From a bacterium (GTDB lineage: Bacteria > Hinthialibacterota > Hinthialibacteria > Hinthialibacterales > Hinthialibacteraceae): 10,535 bases of DNA. The stretch's first letter is position 1. Every line of letters begins with the position of its first letter. The stretch spans positions 1 to 10,535 of the forward strand of contig JBHGBC010000194.1 in NCBI GenBank assembly GCA_041946805.1, in the 5' to 3' direction. A model generated the notes under the pieces. The model was not told where the DNA came from and ran no database searches. It was given only the letters and a program-made list of their open reading frames with translations. Shown in pieces: positions 5,797 to 10,535 of this stretch. The position numbers and the translations under genes are program-made.

Positions 5797-6432
5797 ATGT
5801 TTCAGCTCGTTCCGGTGACGATTCAGCGAAAATCCCGGGAGTCCATCATTCGCGCCGGCATCCGGGGCGGTGACCGGGACCCGGACTTGAAACAGAAGAT
5901 CAAAACGCCATTGCACTTTTTGAATCACATGATCGAGCAATGGGCATGGCGTTCGTGCCTTAACCTGTCGGTGGAGGTCCAGTTGAGCGAGTTCGTGTTG
6001 AATCACGTCATCGCCGAGGACGCGGGACAATGTTTCGGCGAAGCCTTGCTGGCCGTGGCCAATCAACTCATGAAAGATCAAGGGATTAACAGCCACGGGA
6101 CGGCCACGGGTTTCATCGACGAGGCGGCGGCCGGCGTCCGGCTGGCGTTTGAATACCGCAGTGGTTTATATTTCAACCGGGGTTCGGTGATCATGCCTGA
6201 ACTGGTAGAAGACATGCAATGCACCGATCTTGGGAATTTTCTGGGCGGTATTGCCCAAGGAGCGCGGGCCACGCTGCATGTGGACCTGGTGTCAGGCGAG
6301 GATCCCCACCATATCTGGGAGAGCGTGTTCCGGGGTTTGGGAGAAGCGACCCGCCAGGCCTTTTCGCCCTGTCCCTGGAGGAAAGGACAAACGGTTGGAG
6401 TGGCTGGGTTTATTGAAGTGACGCGGGAATAA
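5797..6432 (+). CDS. hisB: Imidazoleglycerol-phosphate dehydratase family protein, divergent HisB homolog
   Basis: Motifs RKSRES, FLNHMIEQ, NHVIAED.G..FGEAL, IDEA, TLHVDLVSGEDPHHIWESVFRG. AGGA RBS at 5787-5790. Starts 2 nt after the hisD-like stop. Confidence 0.85.
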   Translation: MFQLVPVTIQRKSRESIIRAGIRGGDRDPDLKQKIKTPLHFLNHMIEQWAWRSCLNLSVEVQLSEFVLNHVIAEDAGQCFGEALLAVANQLMKDQGINSHGTATGFIDEAAAGVRLAFEYRSGLYFNRGSVIMPELVEDMQCTDLGNFLGGIAQGARATLHVDLVSGEDPHHIWESVFRGLGEATRQAFSPCPWRKGQTVGVAGFIEVTRE

Positions 6433-6469
6433 CGTCTTCAGCCCGGGCCTTTTTGGATTTCTAAAAAAT

Positions 6470-6717
6470 GGTTCATCCGATATGTGCGTACATTTTCCCG
6501 GGAGAGTGACTGGACATCGATTCGTCGGATCGGAGAGAGCAATCCTAAATCCCCTCTCCCTCTGGGAGAGGGCTAGGTTGAGGGAAAGCCTTTCCTCGGC
6601 GCTGATCCCCTCGGCGGATTCCTAAACGCTGGTGGGGAAAGAAATTATTTCCTTCGGTTCAGAGTCAGGGAATTAAAAACGATTTTTCCCATCCTGGACG
6701 CACTTGTCGGAGGAACT
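6470..6717. mobile_element. Complete 248-bp MITE of the same family
   Basis: Left TIR GGTTCATCCGATATGTGCGTAC (6470-6491) and right TIR GGACGCACTTGTCGGAGGAACT (6696-6717) are 17/22 complementary. Flanks CTAAAAAAT (6461-6469) and CTAAAAAT (6718-6725) differ by one A. Confidence 0.82.
6544..6584 (+). repeat. REP-like hairpin, copy 3 of 3 (inside MITE)
   Basis: Perfect hairpin CCCTCTCCC-TCT-GGGAGAGGG followed by CTAGGTTGAGGG. Confidence 0.8.
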
Positions 6718-6765
6718 CTAAAAATCGTTGTCGATCCCATGAAACTCCCCTCCAATCATCGAAAG

Positions 6766-6808
6766 TTGTGATTATAATTATATAGTCCATCAAGAATGGA
6801 TTATAATT
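6766..6808 (+). promoter_or_regulatory. AT-rich promoter/operator region upstream of the CBS-korAB operon
   Basis: Direct repeat GATTATAATT at 6770-6779 and 6799-6808, each containing TATAAT. Confidence 0.5.
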
Positions 6809-6987
6809 TAGATAAATCAGGTAAAGAATCCATTGAAGTGGAAAAGGAAAGAAACGTGTCTTTTCCGATCGCGAAGCGAGGTGAACCAAGGCATAGACCC
6901 GCCGAAGAGGATACCAAACCGATTCACCTCTCCTGTCCTGAAGCGAATCACGCATACTCTTTCCGTAAGACGGAATCATAATTCATT

Positions 6988-7455
6988 ATGAGCATTTATC
7001 AAAATTTGATGGAGGACCGGGTATCCGGCCTCGAGCAAAACGAGCCTCTCACCGTTCCCCCCACAACGCCGGTTCGGGATGTCATTGAACTCCTGGTCGA
7101 AAAAGGACGGGGATGTGTATTAGTCTGCGAAGGGAAAGTACTCAAGGGGATCTTCACAGAGCGGGATTTTCTAATGAAGATCGTGCGGGACGCGCCGGGC
7201 CTGGACCGGCCGGTGCGGGACTACATGACGCCCGATCCGGTCACCGTGCAGCCGAACGAGATTGTCGCGGCGGCGATCAAGAAGATGCGAAACGGGGGAT
7301 TGCGCCACATCCCGGTCGTCGACGTGGAAGGGACGCCCTCCGGAATCCTGTCGATCAAGCATATCGTGCATTACCTGGCCGATCATTTTCCGGAAGCCGT
7401 TTACAACCTGCCGCCGGAACCCGATCAGACGGCCACACAGCCGGAAGGGGCATAA
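6988..7455 (+). CDS. Stand-alone CBS-domain pair protein
   Basis: 155 aa. CBS motifs LTVPPTTPVRDVIELL..GCVLV..LKGIFTERDFL and VRDYMTPDPVTV..GGLRHIPVVD..GILSIKHIV. Confidence 0.93.
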   Translation: MSIYQNLMEDRVSGLEQNEPLTVPPTTPVRDVIELLVEKGRGCVLVCEGKVLKGIFTERDFLMKIVRDAPGLDRPVRDYMTPDPVTVQPNEIVAAAIKKMRNGGLRHIPVVDVEGTPSGILSIKHIVHYLADHFPEAVYNLPPEPDQTATQPEGA

Positions 7456-7504
7456 CCGCCGGGATGAAGGTCACACGAACGATTTTTTTACATAAAGGGA
7501 TTGG

Positions 7505-9385
7505 ATGGCTGAAATGACAACCACTGCGTCAACGGATGTGTCCAGAATCAAAAAACAAATCGAGGAGATCGATCGCGCGACGGTGCGGTTTGCGGGCGAT
7601 TCCGGTGATGGAATGCAGCTCGTGGGGGATCAATTCACTATCTCGTCCGTCATTTTCGGAAATGACGTGGCCACGTTGCCCGATTACCCGGCGGAAATCC
7701 GGGCGCCCGCCGGTTCCCTGGCCGGAGTCAGCGGTTTTCAGATCCATTTCGGCGGGATGGAAATCTACACGCCGGGAGACAAGGTGGACGCGTTGTTTGC
7801 CATGAATCCCGCCGCCATGAAGGTGAATCTCGGAGACCTGGAGAAAGGGGGACTGCTGGTCGTCAATAAGGACGCGTTTACCAAGGAGAATCTGGAAAAG
7901 GCCGCGTATGAAACCAATCCCCTGGAAGACGGCCGGTTGAAGGAATACAAGGTTCTGCAGATTCCCATCACCACGCTGAACCGGGAAGCCGTGGAGGGCC
8001 TGGGCCTGGACCGCAAGGCCATGGACCGGTGCAAAAATTTCTTCACGCTCGGTCTGGCGTATTGGTTTTACGACCGTCCGCTGGAGCCGACCCTGAACTG
8101 GCTGCGTCAGAAATTCGCCAAAAAACCGGATATCCTGGAGGCGAACACCCGCAGCCTGAAGGCCGGCTATCACTTCGGGGAGACCTCGGAGCTGATCGTC
8201 AATGCGTACAAGGTCCACAAGGCCAAAATCGCGCCGGGGATCTACCGCAAGGTCAATGGCAACGAAGCCACGGCCATGGGTTTGATCGCGGCCTCCCTCT
8301 TGTCCGGGAAGCCCTTGTTCTACGGCAGTTATCCGATCACCCCGGCCAGCGATATCCTGCATTACCTCTCCGAGAAAAAAGAATACGGCGTGATCACTTT
8401 CCAGGCCGAGGACGAGATCGCGGCGGTCACCGCGGCCATCGGCGCCTCGTTCGGCGGGGCCTTGGGGACCACGGGGACCAGTGGTCCCGGCATGGCCCTC
8501 AAGACCGAAGGCATCGGCCTGGCGGTGATGACGGAACTGCCGCTGGTTATCGTCAATGTACAACGCGGCGGCCCCAGCACGGGTTTGCCGACCAAGACCG
8601 AGCAGGCGGATCTGTTCCAGGCCGTCCTGGGACGCAACGGCGAGTGTCCGGTCCCGGTGCTGGCCAGCGCGACGCCGTCGGATTGCTTCAACATGGCGGT
8701 GGAGGCCTCCCGGATCGCGATCCAATTCATGACGCCCGTGATCCTGTTGACCGACGGCTACATCGCCAACGGCGCGGAACCGTGGAAGATTCCCGCGGTG
8801 GACGAATTGCCTAAGATCGACGCGCCGTATTGGACCAACGCGGGAACGAATGGCTTCAAGCCCTATCTCCGCAACGAGCGGCTCGCCCGGCCCTGGGCGG
8901 TTCCCGGAACGCCGGGATTGGAACACCGGATCGGGGGCCTGGAGAAACAGCACATCACGGGTAACGTCAGTTACGATCCCAAAAACCATGAATACATGAT
9001 TCGTCTGCGGGACGAAAAGGTGAACGGGATTCAGGAAGATATTCCGTTGTTGGAAGTGAACGGCGACGAATCCGGCGAACTGCTGGTGGTGGGCTGGGGC
9101 GGCACCTACGGGGCCATCATGACCGCCGTGGAGCAGCTCCGGCAGGAAGGCAAACCGGTTTCCAGCATCCACCTGCGGTATCTGAATCCGTTCCCCAAGA
9201 ACTTGGGAACGATCTTGGGCCGCTTCAAGAAGATCCTGGTTCCGGAATTGAACCTGGGACAGTTGCGCTACATTCTGCGCTCCAAATACCTGGTGGACGC
9301 GGCGGGGTATAACAAGGTGCAAGGTAAGCCCTTCCAGGTGCACGAAATCAAGCAAGCGATTCTTGACGCATTGGAAACTGAATAA
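7505..9385 (+). CDS. korA: 2-oxoacid:ferredoxin oxidoreductase subunit alpha (gamma-alpha fusion, KorA type)
   Basis: 626 aa. Motifs RFAGDSGDGMQL, PAEIRAP, YPITPAS, QAEDEIAA, TSGPG, QRGGPSTGLPTKTEQADL, HRIGGLEK. Confidence 0.96.
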   Translation: MAEMTTTASTDVSRIKKQIEEIDRATVRFAGDSGDGMQLVGDQFTISSVIFGNDVATLPDYPAEIRAPAGSLAGVSGFQIHFGGMEIYTPGDKVDALFAMNPAAMKVNLGDLEKGGLLVVNKDAFTKENLEKAAYETNPLEDGRLKEYKVLQIPITTLNREAVEGLGLDRKAMDRCKNFFTLGLAYWFYDRPLEPTLNWLRQKFAKKPDILEANTRSLKAGYHFGETSELIVNAYKVHKAKIAPGIYRKVNGNEATAMGLIAASLLSGKPLFYGSYPITPASDILHYLSEKKEYGVITFQAEDEIAAVTAAIGASFGGALGTTGTSGPGMALKTEGIGLAVMTELPLVIVNVQRGGPSTGLPTKTEQADLFQAVLGRNGECPVPVLASATPSDCFNMAVEASRIAIQFMTPVILLTDGYIANGAEPWKIPAVDELPKIDAPYWTNAGTNGFKPYLRNERLARPWAVPGTPGLEHRIGGLEKQHITGNVSYDPKNHEYMIRLRDEKVNGIQEDIPLLEVNGDESGELLVVGWGGTYGAIMTAVEQLRQEGKPVSSIHLRYLNPFPKNLGTILGRFKKILVPELNLGQLRYILRSKYLVDAAGYNKVQGKPFQVHEIKQAILDALETE

Positions 9386-9409
9386 GTTCGGATAATTGGA
9401 GATGCCATC

Positions 9410-10435
9410 ATGGCCGTTTCGCCTCAAGTTCCTCAATTGACCCCCAAGGATTACGGGAGCGACCAAGATGTCCGCTGGTGCCCCGGCTGCGGTGATTACT
9501 CGATTCTTTCCCAGATGAAGAAAACCCTGGCGGCGCTTCAGATCCCGCGGGAAAAATGCGTATTCGTCTCGGGTATCGGCTGCTCCAGCCGGTTCCCCTA
9601 TTACTTGAACACCTATGGATTCCATTCCATCCACGGCCGGGCCCCGGCGGTGGCCACGGGTCTCAAGATCAGCCGTCCGGATTTGTCGGTCTGGGTGGCC
9701 ACCGGAGATGGCGATGGCCTGAGCATCGGCGGCAATCACCTGATTCACGCCATCCGCCGCAACGTGGATATCAACATCATTCTGTTCAACAACCGGATTT
9801 ACGGCTTGACCAAAGGCCAGGTCTCGCCCACGTCGGAATTCGGCAAAAAGACCAAATCGACGCCCTGGGGATCGGTCGATAATCCCGTCCGCCCGCTCTC
9901 GTTGGCGCTGGGCGTGGAGGCGACCTTCGTGGCCCGCTCGATCGATGTCCACGTGAAGCATCTGGCGGAGGTGCTGGAAGCGGCCGCCCGGCACAAGGGC
10001 GCCTCGTTCGTGGAGATTTACCAGAATTGCAACATTTTCAATGACGGCGCATACTTGTACGCCACCGACCGCTCGCTCAAGTTCGATAACATCATCGAAC
10101 TGCAGCACGGCCAGCCGTTGCGTTTCGGCAAAAACAACGAAAAGGGGATCCGGTTCAAGGATTATCACCTGGAAGTGGTTACGATCGGTGAAAACGGTGT
10201 CACGGAAAACGATCTCCTGATCCATAACGAGGAGCGCGAGGATCCCTCCCTGGCGTTTTTGCTGGCAAACATGAGTTATCCCGAATTTCCGGAACCGATC
10301 GGCATTTTCCGGCGTGTGGAGCAACCCGCTTATGAAACGCTGATCCAGGACCAGATTCATGAAGTCCGGAAAAAACAGGGAACCGGCACGCTGGAATCGT
10401 TGCTGTTTTCCGGCGAAACCTGGACGGTGGAGTGA
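9410..10435 (+). CDS. korB: 2-oxoacid:ferredoxin oxidoreductase subunit beta (TPP-binding, KorB type)
   Basis: 341 aa. Motifs RWCPGCGD, SGIGCSSR, HSIHGRA, TPP motif GDGDG...NN, YGLTKGQ.SPT, EIYQNCNIFN. GGAG RBS upstream. Confidence 0.96.
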   Translation: MAVSPQVPQLTPKDYGSDQDVRWCPGCGDYSILSQMKKTLAALQIPREKCVFVSGIGCSSRFPYYLNTYGFHSIHGRAPAVATGLKISRPDLSVWVATGDGDGLSIGGNHLIHAIRRNVDINIILFNNRIYGLTKGQVSPTSEFGKKTKSTPWGSVDNPVRPLSLALGVEATFVARSIDVHVKHLAEVLEAAARHKGASFVEIYQNCNIFNDGAYLYATDRSLKFDNIIELQHGQPLRFGKNNEKGIRFKDYHLEVVTIGENGVTENDLLIHNEEREDPSLAFLLANMSYPEFPEPIGIFRRVEQPAYETLIQDQIHEVRKKQGTGTLESLLFSGETWTVE

Positions 10436-10535
10436 AACCGGCCGGCGGCGTTCCGGCATCCGGACGTGTGACGGATTATTGATCCTTACGAAAGTATCCC
10501 GACATCACATTGTAATATAGCTTAGTTTGGGATGC

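Noticed and set aside
51..6717. Repeats with variable spacers interpreted as CRISPR
   Set aside because: The repeats are dispersed and inverted with target duplications, not a tandem direct array. No cas genes in the window.
6665..6979. 104-aa minus-strand ORF
   Set aside because: Runs through AT-rich promoter DNA and the MITE end, with atypical composition.
6796..6981. 61-aa ORF upstream of the CBS gene
   Set aside because: No RBS, its start overlaps the TATAAT box, and there is no recognisable motif. Treated as leader, though a uORF cannot be excluded.
7529..10459. 976-aa antisense ORF over korAB
   Set aside because: Shadow ORF of two well-conserved genes, expected from GC-rich codon bias. 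No recognisable motifs.
10454..10535. GCATCCGGAC / GTATCCCGAC / TTGGGATGC partial repeats after korB as a terminator or another TIR
   Set aside because: Weak pairing, poor match to the TIR consensus, and truncated by the window end.

Overview
Bacterial chromosomal window with four gene blocks. (1) A sigma70-promoted flagellar-type block: a 2-TM protein, fliA/whiG sigma-28, a small protein with a GxxxDxxA tail, a SwrB/DUF6115-like protein, then an uncharacterised protein made of five ~32-aa repeats. (2) A minus-strand exported diheme c-type cytochrome of the PufC-like family. (3) An isolated hisD-like + hisB-like pair in which both enzymes have altered metal- and substrate-binding residues, suggesting a repurposed pathway. 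(4) A CBS-domain protein followed by 2-oxoacid:ferredoxin oxidoreductase alpha and beta (korAB). The intergenic DNA holds a family of small non-autonomous elements (MITEs) with 22-bp terminal inverted repeats and an 8-bp target duplication. Two copies are complete (3659-3864, 6470-6717) and two more right ends lie at 51-72 and 236-257. Each carries a REP-like hairpin between non-conserved spacers. Family assignments are from motif recognition, and no database search was run.
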